Assembly: GCA_033763775.1 (NCBI GenBank)
Contig: JANRJW010000003.1
Location: forward strand, 40,753-104,752
Direction: 5' to 3'
Length of the DNA stretch: 64,000 bases
Source of the DNA: Alphaproteobacteria bacterium
Lineage (GTDB): Bacteria > Pseudomonadota > Alphaproteobacteria > Rickettsiales > SXRF01
Of this stretch, positions 9,321 to 18,538 are shown piece after piece. How positions within the stretch are numbered: the stretch's first letter is position 1; every line of letters begins with the position of its first letter. The notes beneath the pieces were generated by a model that saw only the letters and a program-made list of their open reading frames with translations, did no database searches and was not told where the DNA came from. A program made the translations under genes and the position numbers.

Positions 9321-10904
9321 CTACATGCCTGAATAGTTTGGGCCACCCGCACCTTCCGGCGTTTTCCAGACGATGTTCTGTGTTGGGTCCTTGATATCGC
9401 ATGTTTTGCAGTGCACGCAGTTCTGTGCATTAATCTGCAACCTCGGCTGCGGGTCGCGCACAATCTCATACACACCAGCAGGGCAATAGCGCTGCTCCGG
9501 CGCGTCATACAGCGCAAGATTATGCGCAACAGGCACCTGCGAGTCTTTCAGCGTCAGGTGGGCTGGCTGGTCTTCTTCATGGTTCGTACTGGATAGAAAC
9601 ACCGACGACAGCCGGTCAAATGTCAGCACACCATCGGGTTTGGGATAATCAATCGGCTTGCAATCCTTCGCTGGTTTCAATGCCAGATGGTCAGGATGAT
9701 GGCGCAGCGTCCATGGCGCTTTGCCTCGCAGCAGGAAAGTATCCAGCGCGGCATAGAGCAGCCCCGCCCACAGCCCATAGCGGAAAGCCGGGCGAATATT
9801 GCGCACCGCGCGTAGCTCGCTATGAATCCAGCTTTGCTTCACACGTTGCGGATAGCTTGCGAGGTCGCCCTCCGCTATCGCTTCTGCCGCCAGCATCGCG
9901 GATTTAATGGCCGTATGAGAGCCTTTGATTTTCGGCACATTCATAAAACCTGCCGAGCAGCCAATCATGGCGCCGCCAGGGAACACCAGCTCGGGAATGG
10001 ACTGAAAACCACCCTCATTGAGCGCACGCGCGCCATAGGCAATACGCCTGCCGCCCGCAAGCACACGACGGATGGCCGGGTGCGTTTTATAACGCTGAAA
10101 TTCCATGAACGGGTCAAGATGCGGGTTCTCATAATCAAGCCCAACCACCAGCCCAAGCGCCACCTGATGCCCCTGCAGATGATACATAAACGAACCACCA
10201 TAGGTTTTGCTATCCAGCGGCCAGCCAATGGTATGCACCACCCTGCCCGCTTCGTGATGCTGCGGCTCGATCTGCCATAATTCCTTGATGCCGATACCAT
10301 AGGTTTGCGGCTGGCAATGCTGCCTGAGATTGAACTCGCGCATGATGCGCTCGCTGATCGAGCCGCGGCAGCCCTCCGCCAGCAAGGTAAAGCGCGCACG
10401 TATGGGCATGGCTGGTTGATAGCTGGATTTTTTCTGCCCGTCTTTGCCAACACCAAATTCGCCCGTCACCACACCGGCAACACGGCCTTCTTCCATGAGT
10501 ATATCTGCCGCTGCAAAGCCCGAAAAAATCTGCACACCCAGCGCTTCCGCCTGCTGACCAAGCCAGCGACAGAGATTGCTCATGCTGACAATAAAATTAC
10601 CCTGATTATGCATCTGCGGCGGTGTCGGCAGACGAAACGCCCGGCGCGCCGTCAGCAGCATGAAGTGATCGTCTTTTGCCGGTGTCAGCAGCGAGGCGGC
10701 CTGCTGCTGCCAGCCCGGCAGTAGCTCGTCAAGCGCGCGAGGCTCAATCACCGCGCCGGAAAGAATATGCGCCCCCACTTCCGAACCTTTTTCCAGCACA
10801 CACACACTCAGCTGCGGTGCCAGCTGCCTGAGGCGGATGGCTGCCGCGAGTCCGGCAGGCCCAGCGCCTACAATCACGACATCATACTCCATGGTTTCGG
10901 TCAT
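9321..10904 (-). CDS. Electron-transfer flavoprotein:ubiquinone oxidoreductase (ETF-QO)
   Basis: FAD fold YDVVIVGAGPAGLAAA and a C-terminal 4Fe-4S motif NAQNCVHCKTCDIKDP. The length is typical at 527 aa. Confidence 0.9.
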   Translation of the reverse strand: MTETMEYDVVIVGAGPAGLAAAIRLRQLAPQLSVCVLEKGSEVGAHILSGAVIEPRALDELLPGWQQQAASLLTPAKDDHFMLLTARRAFRLPTPPQMHNQGNFIVSMSNLCRWLGQQAEALGVQIFSGFAAADILMEEGRVAGVVTGEFGVGKDGQKKSSYQPAMPIRARFTLLAEGCRGSISERIMREFNLRQHCQPQTYGIGIKELWQIEPQHHEAGRVVHTIGWPLDSKTYGGSFMYHLQGHQVALGLVVGLDYENPHLDPFMEFQRYKTHPAIRRVLAGGRRIAYGARALNEGGFQSIPELVFPGGAMIGCSAGFMNVPKIKGSHTAIKSAMLAAEAIAEGDLASYPQRVKQSWIHSELRAVRNIRPAFRYGLWAGLLYAALDTFLLRGKAPWTLRHHPDHLALKPAKDCKPIDYPKPDGVLTFDRLSSVFLSSTNHEEDQPAHLTLKDSQVPVAHNLALYDAPEQRYCPAGVYEIVRDPQPRLQINAQNCVHCKTCDIKDPTQNIVWKTPEGAGGPNYSGM

Positions 10905-10949
10905 ACGCGGTGCTTTCCAATCATCCCAAACCCTACTATATAGGGCAAT

Positions 10950-11735
10950 ATGGATAATAAAGCGTTACTGGACTGGTATCTTCTTGCCGGGGTTGATGAG
11001 GTGGTGGGCGATAGCCCCGTTAACCGCCTGCTGGCGCCGCCTGAGCCTCCGGTAGCTGTCGAAACTTCACCAGCCAAGCCCCCCGCTGCAAAGCTTTCTG
11101 TCCTTCACATCGGCGCTGCCTCGCCCATCGCGGCGGCAACCGTTGCGCGCGCGGCGGCAGATCGTTGCCAGAGCCTTGCAGAGCTGCGTGAAGCCGTGTT
11201 TGCGTTTGATGGCTGCTCGCTTAAGAAAACAGCCAGCAAAACAGTCTTCGCTGATGGCAATCCGGACTCCGGCCTAATGATCATCGGCGAGGCGCCCGGG
11301 GCTCAGGAAGATCTTCAAGGCATCCCGTTCTGCGGCCCAAGCGGGGCGCTGCTCGATAAAATGCTGGCCAGCATTGGCCTATCGCGGGAAGGCTGCTACA
11401 TCACCAACACTGTATTCTGGCGCCCCCCCGGCAATCGCCAGCCAAGCCCGGAAGAAACCGCCATCTGTCTGCCGCTGGTGGAAAAACATATCGCGCTGGT
11501 CAGGCCAAAACTTATCCTGTTGGCCGGCGGCACAGCCACCAGCACATTACTGGGGCAGGATAGCTCGCTATCGCGCCTGCGCGGAAAAATCCATCGCTAC
11601 AGCAACCAGTATCTCGGCGCCGATATTCGCACCTTGGTCACCTATCACCCCTCCTACCTTCTGCGAACACCAGCTCATAAAAAATATGCCTGGTCCGACC
11701 TGCTTAAGCTTAAGAAACTCATGGAAGAACATTAA
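10950..11735 (+). CDS. Uracil-DNA glycosylase, family 4
   Basis: GEAPGAQEDLQGIPFCGPSG motif and the TYHPSYLLR C-terminal motif, plus an N-terminal extension as seen in alphaproteobacterial homologues. Confidence 0.85.
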   Translation: MDNKALLDWYLLAGVDEVVGDSPVNRLLAPPEPPVAVETSPAKPPAAKLSVLHIGAASPIAAATVARAAADRCQSLAELREAVFAFDGCSLKKTASKTVFADGNPDSGLMIIGEAPGAQEDLQGIPFCGPSGALLDKMLASIGLSREGCYITNTVFWRPPGNRQPSPEETAICLPLVEKHIALVRPKLILLAGGTATSTLLGQDSSLSRLRGKIHRYSNQYLGADIRTLVTYHPSYLLRTPAHKKYAWSDLLKLKKLMEEH

Positions 11736-11840
11736 TCAACTATCTGTTATATAATAATATTTAACACAGGTTTCTATTAATTAATAATTCGTTAATTCAC
11801 CTTGCGGCATGCATCAAATTCGGCTATGTATGGTCGCCCT

Positions 11841-13373
11841 ATGCAGATTCAGAGACGATACCTCATCGCCCTCGCTTTGCTTCCGGCACTGGCTTTGGCC
11901 ACTGCTCTCCTGAAGCCATGGCAGCATGTTCATTCGCGCGGTTCGTCCGGCTCGCTTGTTTCGGCCATTCCCTTTCTTACCACCAGCAGCATGGAAGTGC
12001 TCAAACCTGCCGATGCAGAGGCTTACCGCGCCATTTTCACTGCGCAGCATCATGGCGAGTGGCAAAGTGCTGATGCGCTGATCGGCACACTTACCAGCCC
12101 GGTGTTGATGGGTCATGTGCTGGCCGAACGCTATCTCAGCACCAGCCATGCCACCAGCAATGAAGAGCTCCAGGACTGGCTGAAACTCTACCACGAACAC
12201 CCTCAAGCCAGCGCCCTTCGCGCCATGGCCGAGCGCCGCGGCGTGACACTCGCACATTTACCCAGCCAGAAACAGGCTCGCCTGCGCGGCTATGGCGATG
12301 ATAACGGGCTTGCCGCCAGCTTTGCCGATTCGCCGCATGCGGTAACATGGCATAAAGCCATGAAAGCATGGCGCGAAGGCAGCCGGATGGACGCCGCCAA
12401 ACTATTTTCCAGCCTGCTGAAAGATGAAGATCTTTCTCCGTGGAAACGCGCCGCCGCAGCTTACTGGAGCCACCGCGCCTATCATCTTGCCGGACGCCGC
12501 GAACTGGCCAGCGAAATGCTGGAAATTGCTGCCAGCGAGCCGCGTAGCTTTTATGGTATTCTTGCGCGGCAGAAATTGGGGCAATCACTGGAACTGGATA
12601 CCGACCCCATCGAACTTTCCGCGCATGATATGGAAGATGTGCTGGATCTGCCGCAGGCGCGCCGTGCGGTGGCGCTGGTTCAGGTTGGGCGCGATGATCT
12701 AGCAGAACGTGAACTCAGGCTTGCTTTTCCTGGCGCACGGCATGAAGAAAAAATATTGCTGCTTGGCCTTGCCCACCGTCTCAATCTACCTTCGGTACAG
12801 ATTGCGATGGCGCGTCAGCTTGGCGGCGATGAGCGCAGCTTTGATTTCGCGCGCTATCCCATTCCGCAGTGGGAACCAAAAGATGGTTTTCAGATTGATC
12901 CGGCGCTGCTTTACGCGCTGATACGTCAGGAATCCGGCTTTCACACCACCGCACAAAGCCCCGCAGGCGCGATGGGTTTGATGCAGCTGATGCCGGATAC
13001 CGCCCGCTACATCAACCAGAAGCGCGAGGATAACCTGATCACCGCGCTGCACACCAGCGATCCACATGTGAACATGGCGCTCGGTCAGGATTATGTGCGC
13101 CACCTACTAGCCAATGATCTGGTGGAAGGCAACCTGATTTTCATGCTGACTGCCTACAATGCCGGGCCCGGCCGTTTGCAGGAATGGAAAAAATCGATTG
13201 ATTATCGTGATGATCCGCTGCTTTTTATTGAAAGCATTCCCTACCCGGAAACCCGCAACTATGTGATGCAGGTCATGACCAATTACTGGATTTATTCTCA
13301 GCTTACCGGCAGCCCAAGTCGCAGCGCCAAGGCACTTCTTTCTGGCAGCTGGCCGTCCTACCAAGCGGGCTAA
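11841..13373 (+). CDS. Soluble lytic murein transglycosylase (Slt family)
   Basis: Catalytic block LYALIRQESGFHTTAQSPAGAMGLMQLMPDTA and a signal-like N-terminus MQIQRRYLIALALLPALALA. The track start at 11802 is TTG, so I chose ATG 11841. Confidence 0.85.
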   Translation: MQIQRRYLIALALLPALALATALLKPWQHVHSRGSSGSLVSAIPFLTTSSMEVLKPADAEAYRAIFTAQHHGEWQSADALIGTLTSPVLMGHVLAERYLSTSHATSNEELQDWLKLYHEHPQASALRAMAERRGVTLAHLPSQKQARLRGYGDDNGLAASFADSPHAVTWHKAMKAWREGSRMDAAKLFSSLLKDEDLSPWKRAAAAYWSHRAYHLAGRRELASEMLEIAASEPRSFYGILARQKLGQSLELDTDPIELSAHDMEDVLDLPQARRAVALVQVGRDDLAERELRLAFPGARHEEKILLLGLAHRLNLPSVQIAMARQLGGDERSFDFARYPIPQWEPKDGFQIDPALLYALIRQESGFHTTAQSPAGAMGLMQLMPDTARYINQKREDNLITALHTSDPHVNMALGQDYVRHLLANDLVEGNLIFMLTAYNAGPGRLQEWKKSIDYRDDPLLFIESIPYPETRNYVMQVMTNYWIYSQLTGSPSRSAKALLSGSWPSYQAG

Positions 13374-13375
13374 GC

Positions 13376-13987
13376 GTGCCCGATCTTTCGCTAGAACACA
13401 CGCATGACGGGGTTGTTGCCGGTGTTGATGAGGCCGGGCGCGGCCCATGGGCAGGGCCGGTGGTGGCCGCCGCGGTTATCCTTCACCGCGATGCTATTCC
13501 TGCTGGCATCAATGATTCCAAACAGCTTTCTGCTGGCGCGCGCGAGATGCTCCATGATGCTATTTTAGCCAGCGCCATCTGCGGCATTGCCGAGGCCAGC
13601 GTGGAAGAGATTGACCGGCTGAATATCTGGGGCGCCACCCAACTTGCGATGCAGCGTGCGGTGGCACAGCTGACGCCAGCACCAACACTCGCATTGGTTG
13701 ATGGCAAGCTGAGCCTACCGCTTGCCTGCGCGGTGATACCGGTGGTGGGCGGCGATGCGAAAAGCCTGTCGATTGCCGCGGCCAGCATTCTTGCCAAAGT
13801 CACGCGCGACCGGCTGATGCGCGGGCTCCATGAGCATTATCCTGCGTACGGCTGGGAAAGCAATGCAGGCTATGGCACAGCACAGCATATCCGTGCCATT
13901 GAACGCTGCGGAATCACACCTCACCATCGCCGAAGTTTCAAACCCATCCGCGCCTACCTTGACGCACAGCAGAAAGTTCCAGCATGA
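13376..13987 (+). CDS. rnhB: Ribonuclease HII
   Basis: GVDEAGRGPWAGPVVAAAV N-terminal catalytic motif. Length 203 aa. Confidence 0.9.
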   Translation: MPDLSLEHTHDGVVAGVDEAGRGPWAGPVVAAAVILHRDAIPAGINDSKQLSAGAREMLHDAILASAICGIAEASVEEIDRLNIWGATQLAMQRAVAQLTPAPTLALVDGKLSLPLACAVIPVVGGDAKSLSIAAASILAKVTRDRLMRGLHEHYPAYGWESNAGYGTAQHIRAIERCGITPHHRRSFKPIRAYLDAQQKVPA

Positions 13988-14466
13988 GCGAAAAGCGTCG
14001 TTTCAGCCTGTTTCCCAAGCCACTTTCAGGCTGTATTGAACCACTGACGCGACCGGTTATCCGCAAACACGCTGGTGCGCTGGCGCGGCTGCTCACGGAT
14101 TGGCCATCAATTGCGGGCGAGTCACTCGCAGCCATCTGCCATCCGCATCAAATCGCTCGTGGCCGCAGCAGCCAGCAAGGCGCCACCCTCATGCTGGCGG
14201 TTCAAAATGGCCACGCCACAGAAGTACAATATATGAGCGCGGTGCTCCTGGAACGAATCAGCCAAACGCTGGGGGATCACAGCATTCACCGCATCACCAT
14301 CGCCCACACCTACACCCCTCCTGCAGCTCCGGCAAAAGCGCCTCCACGCACACGCGCGGCCGCCGGGCGCCTGAGCGCATGCGCCGCACAAGCCGCACTG
14401 GCCGAAGTAGAAGATGATGAGCTGAGACAAACACTGACCTCGCTTGCCAGCGCAATGGAGACATAA
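13984..14466 (+). CDS. DUF721/DciA-like protein
   Basis: 160 aa, and its start overlaps the rnhB stop (ATGA). The size and the pattern LTDWPSIAGESLAAICHPHQI...LMLAV resemble DUF721. The call is weak. Confidence 0.55.
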   Translation: MSEKRRFSLFPKPLSGCIEPLTRPVIRKHAGALARLLTDWPSIAGESLAAICHPHQIARGRSSQQGATLMLAVQNGHATEVQYMSAVLLERISQTLGDHSIHRITIAHTYTPPAAPAKAPPRTRAAAGRLSACAAQAALAEVEDDELRQTLTSLASAMET

Positions 14467-14557
14467 AAATCAAACAGCTACCTGCGAACAAGATGGTTGC
14501 GAAAATCCGGCGCGAGCATTACAACATGCTTACCAAATAACTTTCACGGAGAACCCC

Positions 14558-15295
14558 ATGCGCCTCTATGCTGCCGCCCTTGCTACCGCTGCTCTCATGC
14601 TGAATTTCGCTGTCGCTGCCAGCGCTCAGCCAAAACCTTCAGAACCTGCGACCAGAGCCGTCCCGGCGGATACCAGCAATGAACCCAACCTGAAGGTTAT
14701 CGAAGGTAGCGGCGGCATGTCCGTATCCCGCCTGATCACCGACGCGCCACTTCCCGGCGATTATGTCATGGGTAGCGATAAAGCCCCGCTGATCATGGTT
14801 GAATATGCCTCCTTCACCTGCCCGCACTGCGCTCATTTCAGCAACGCCGTATTGCCGGAACTGGAAAAGAAATACATCGAAACCGGCAAAATGCGCTACA
14901 TCCTGCGCCACTTTCCGCTGAATGAACCTGCGCTCAAAGCCTCGATGCTGGCGGAATGCGTGGGCGAGACCAGCCACCGCAAATATTATGTTTTTTCGAA
15001 AGTGATGTTTGATGCGCAGGCAAAATGGGCGTTTGATGGCAACTACATGGCAGGGCTTGAGACCATTGCTAATGTAGGCGGCCTCAGCAAACAGCAGTTT
15101 ATGGAATGTGTCAGCAACACTGATCGGGAAATGCGCGTGCTGCAGGTCAAAAAAGCCGCCGGTGACGAGCTGAAAATCCCGCATACCCCCTATTTCTTCA
15201 TTGGCGGCGAGGTCTATGGTGGCGAAAAAACTGTGCCTGCCATGTCGCAGTTTATTGACGCCAAACTGGCCAAGCTGGAAGAGAAGAAAAAATAA
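14558..15295 (+). CDS. DsbA-family thiol:disulfide oxidoreductase (second paralogue)
   Basis: CxxC in FTCPHCAHF and signal peptide MRLYAAALATAALMLNFAVAASAQ. I chose ATG 14558, which is preceded by GGAG. Confidence 0.85.
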   Translation: MRLYAAALATAALMLNFAVAASAQPKPSEPATRAVPADTSNEPNLKVIEGSGGMSVSRLITDAPLPGDYVMGSDKAPLIMVEYASFTCPHCAHFSNAVLPELEKKYIETGKMRYILRHFPLNEPALKASMLAECVGETSHRKYYVFSKVMFDAQAKWAFDGNYMAGLETIANVGGLSKQQFMECVSNTDREMRVLQVKKAAGDELKIPHTPYFFIGGEVYGGEKTVPAMSQFIDAKLAKLEEKKK

Positions 15296-15317
15296 TATAA
15301 ATCATCACCAGAATCGC

Positions 15318-15346
15318 TTGACAGCGGGGTGCTCACTCCATAGATT
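15318..15346 (+). promoter_or_regulatory. Candidate sigma70-type promoter of the F0 atp operon
   Basis: TTGACA (15318..15323), a 17-nt spacer, then TAGATT (15341..15346), about 20 nt upstream of the atpI ATG. Confidence 0.5.
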
Positions 15347-15367
15347 GCCGAGCGCTGAAAGGGGCTT

Positions 15368-15655
15368 ATGACCGATTCAAAAACGCCGCCACCCTCACTT
15401 GAGGAGCTGCAGAAAAAAATCGATCAGCTCACCCCCCAAGGCACACCCGACACGAAAAGCTCGGAAGAAGCAGGCGCAGCCGCCAAAGCGATGCGCCTCG
15501 GCACCGAGCTGATGGCGGGGGCGCTGGTCGGTTGTTTTATCGGTTACTGGATTGATAAATCAGCCACAACCAGCCCGATATTTCTGATTGTGTTTACGCT
15601 GCTCGGCTTTGCAGCGGGTGTCAGGAATATCATAAGGAATATGGATAAGGTTTAG
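15368..15655 (+). CDS. atpI: ATP synthase protein I (AtpI/AtpR-like)
   Basis: 95-aa protein with two TM segments, immediately upstream of atpB. Confidence 0.7.
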   Translation: MTDSKTPPPSLEELQKKIDQLTPQGTPDTKSSEEAGAAAKAMRLGTELMAGALVGCFIGYWIDKSATTSPIFLIVFTLLGFAAGVRNIIRNMDKV

Positions 15656-15660
15656 GTATC

Positions 15661-16392
15661 ATGTCACAAGGTCACAGTCCGCTTTCACAATTCGAAGTTT
15701 ATCCCCTGCTGCCAATGACGCTCGGCGGCGCGGATGTCAGCTTCACCAATGCCTCACTGTGGATGCTTATCGCTATTGTGCTTGCCACCAGCGTGATGAT
15801 GCTGGGTGTGCGCAAACGTGCGCTTGTGCCGGGACGCTGGCAGTCCGTATCGGAACTCATGGTTGAATTTGTCTCTAACATTGTGCGCGAAAACGCCGGT
15901 AAGGAAGCCATGCGCTTTTTCCCGCTCATTTTTTCGCTGTTCATGTTCATCCTGTTCTGCAATCTCGCGGGCATGCTGCCTAAATCTTTCACTGTGACCA
16001 GCCACATCATTGTCACCTTTGCGATGGCTGCCTGCGTGTTTATCGGTGTCACGGTCATTGGTTTTATCCAGCACGGCCTGCATTTTTTTTCGCTGTTCCT
16101 TCCCAAAGGCACACCTGCATGGATGGCGCCGATCATGGTGGTCATCGAGATGATCTCTTATCTTGCCCGTCCATTCAGCCTTTCCATTCGTCTTGCCGCC
16201 AATATGCTCGCGGGTCACGTGCTGCTCAAAATTCTTGCTGGCTTCGTGGTGATGATGGGCGCCTTTGGCATTTTACCTTTTGGTTTCCTGTTGATTATTA
16301 CCGGTTTTGAGATATTCATCGCCTGTCTTCAGGCCTACATTTTTACCTTGCTGACCTGCATTTACCTGCATGATGCAATCCACCTTCACTAA
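15661..16392 (+). CDS. atpB: F0F1 ATP synthase subunit a
   Basis: Polytopic membrane protein with the a-subunit signature LSIRLAANMLAGH. Confidence 0.95.
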   Translation: MSQGHSPLSQFEVYPLLPMTLGGADVSFTNASLWMLIAIVLATSVMMLGVRKRALVPGRWQSVSELMVEFVSNIVRENAGKEAMRFFPLIFSLFMFILFCNLAGMLPKSFTVTSHIIVTFAMAACVFIGVTVIGFIQHGLHFFSLFLPKGTPAWMAPIMVVIEMISYLARPFSLSIRLAANMLAGHVLLKILAGFVVMMGAFGILPFGFLLIITGFEIFIACLQAYIFTLLTCIYLHDAIHLH

Positions 16393-16406
16393 TTTAACAT
16401 GAATAG

Positions 16407-16673
<267 letters not shown>

Positions 16674-16694
16674 CCCAAGCCTGGTACGCCCACC

Positions 16695-17186
16695 ATGCCT
16701 CAACTAGACCCCACCTGGTTTGCCTCTCAGCTCTTCTGGCTGGCACTATCCTTCGCGGCTCTTTTCTTTGTGATGTCGCGTTTGGTGCTACCGCCGCTGC
16801 TGGCGATCATGGCCAAACGCCGTGATACCATTGACAGCGACCTGAGCCTTGCTCAGGGCATGAAAACTGAGGCGGAGCAAGCTCGGGGGGCGTATGAGTC
16901 TACGCTGGCTGAGGCACGTTCTAAATCGCAGCAGCTGGTTGCGGACGCACTGCAGGAGCAAAAGCAGAAAGCAGAAGCAGCCAGCCGCGCGCTTGAGCAA
17001 GAAATTGCTGATCGCCTGCGCGAGGCAGAACGCCGTATCACCACTCAGAAACAGGAACTGATGGCAACCCTCACGCCGGTGACCGCAGAACTCACTGCCA
17101 TGATTGTTGAAAAACTCTCCAACATACGCCCGGATGACAATGCGGTATCCACCGCGATTACCCGCGGTGTAAAAACAGGTCGCTGA
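16695..17186 (+). CDS. atpF2: F0F1 ATP synthase subunit b'
   Basis: A single N-terminal TM segment followed by a long charged helix. It is the first of two tandem b-type genes, as in alphaproteobacteria. Confidence 0.85.
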   Translation: MPQLDPTWFASQLFWLALSFAALFFVMSRLVLPPLLAIMAKRRDTIDSDLSLAQGMKTEAEQARGAYESTLAEARSKSQQLVADALQEQKQKAEAASRALEQEIADRLREAERRITTQKQELMATLTPVTAELTAMIVEKLSNIRPDDNAVSTAITRGVKTGR

Positions 17187-17680
17187 TGATGATGGATGTA
17201 TTTCAGGAGCCAAAGTTCTGGGTGTCTGCTGCTTTTGTGGTATTTATCCTGCTCGTCTACAAAAAAGCCGCGGCGTTCATTATTGGCGCTCTGGACGCTC
17301 GCTCACAGCGCATCAATGAGGAGCTGAAACAAGCCGAAACGCTTCGCCGGGAAGCAGAGCAAGTGCTTGCCCAGTACAAACAGAAGCAAGCTGAATATCT
17401 CAAAGAAGCCGAGTCCATGCTCAGCAAAGCGAAGAATGATGCAGCATTACTGCGCGAACAGGCAGAGCGCGAGTTAAAGTTGGCCATGGAGGCACGCACT
17501 CAAAGCGCCATGGATCGCATTGCGCGCGAAGAAAGCCGCGCCATTGATGAAGTTCGCCATCATGTCGTTGATATTGCGCTAGCCGCTGCTCGCAGCTTGA
17601 TGGCGGAGCGTGCTGCCAAGTCTGATGCATCTGATGTGGTTCGTCTTGCCCTCAGCGATATTGAGCGCAAAATTCACTAA
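17186..17680 (+). CDS. atpF: F0F1 ATP synthase subunit b
   Basis: An N-terminal TM segment followed by an Ala/Glu/Arg-rich helix. Its ATG overlaps the preceding stop. Confidence 0.85.
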   Translation: MMMDVFQEPKFWVSAAFVVFILLVYKKAAAFIIGALDARSQRINEELKQAETLRREAEQVLAQYKQKQAEYLKEAESMLSKAKNDAALLREQAERELKLAMEARTQSAMDRIAREESRAIDEVRHHVVDIALAAARSLMAERAAKSDASDVVRLALSDIERKIH

Positions 17681-17743
17681 AAATTCCAAACTTTTTCTGG
17701 TCATTCTGCGGTCAGCCCCCTAGCTTTGAGCTGGGAGTTTGTG

Positions 17744-18538
17744 ATGCGTTTTTTTATCATTGTTTGTTCTATCGCTTTTACATCCATGGCAGCGATCGCC
17801 GGCGCATGGACTCAGCCAGCGGGTCACAGCCAGCTGATTATCAGTGCAACCACCTACCACAGTGACAAGCGGCGTGAAGACTCAGGCATCACCACACGCC
17901 AGCCAACCTATCGCAAAACAGCCATCAACCCTTATTATGAATATGGCCTGACTGACCATATCACGCTGGGAGCCAATTTATTTTTGATTCATGCCAGCCA
18001 GCAGGAAAGCAGTCAGACCGGCCTGGGCGACAGCGAGTTTTTTCTTCGCCACCATCTACTGTCTTACAAGAGCTGGGTATGGTCGATCGAGCCGATGATC
18101 AAGCTACCAAGCCCTCATTCGACCAGTGATACCCTGTCGCTTGGCAGCGATAGCGCAGATCTTGGCCTCACCACCAGAGCTGGCTATAGTTTTCGCGCTT
18201 TATCGCGCAGTCATTATCTTGATCTGGCCAGTGGCTACCACTACCGTTTCGGCAGCCCGCTCGACCAGATAAAGCTCTCCGCCGCACTGGGTATCGGTTT
18301 GTCCCCCAGCTGGTCTTTGTTATCGCAGCTTGATACTGTCTGGCGAGTATCCGAGCCACAGATAACCCGCTTCACACAATCTCCGGCGGACGACTACAGC
18401 CTGATTAAAACCCAATTTTCAGCGCTATATCACCACAGCGAAAATACTCGTTGGCAAGTGGGATTATTCAGCCATCTGGACGGTCGTAACACCGGCCTTG
18501 GCACAGGTTTCATTGTATCCGCATGGAGGAATTTCTGA
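17744..18538 (+). CDS. Outer-membrane beta-barrel protein (MetA-pathway/transporter-like family)
   Basis: Signal peptide MRFFIIVCSIAFTSMAAIAGA, alternating beta-strand pattern, and the C-terminal aromatic ...VSAWRNF. I chose ATG 17744 after GGGAG because the track start at 17726 is TTG. Confidence 0.65.
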   Translation: MRFFIIVCSIAFTSMAAIAGAWTQPAGHSQLIISATTYHSDKRREDSGITTRQPTYRKTAINPYYEYGLTDHITLGANLFLIHASQQESSQTGLGDSEFFLRHHLLSYKSWVWSIEPMIKLPSPHSTSDTLSLGSDSADLGLTTRAGYSFRALSRSHYLDLASGYHYRFGSPLDQIKLSAALGIGLSPSWSLLSQLDTVWRVSEPQITRFTQSPADDYSLIKTQFSALYHHSENTRWQVGLFSHLDGRNTGLGTGFIVSAWRNF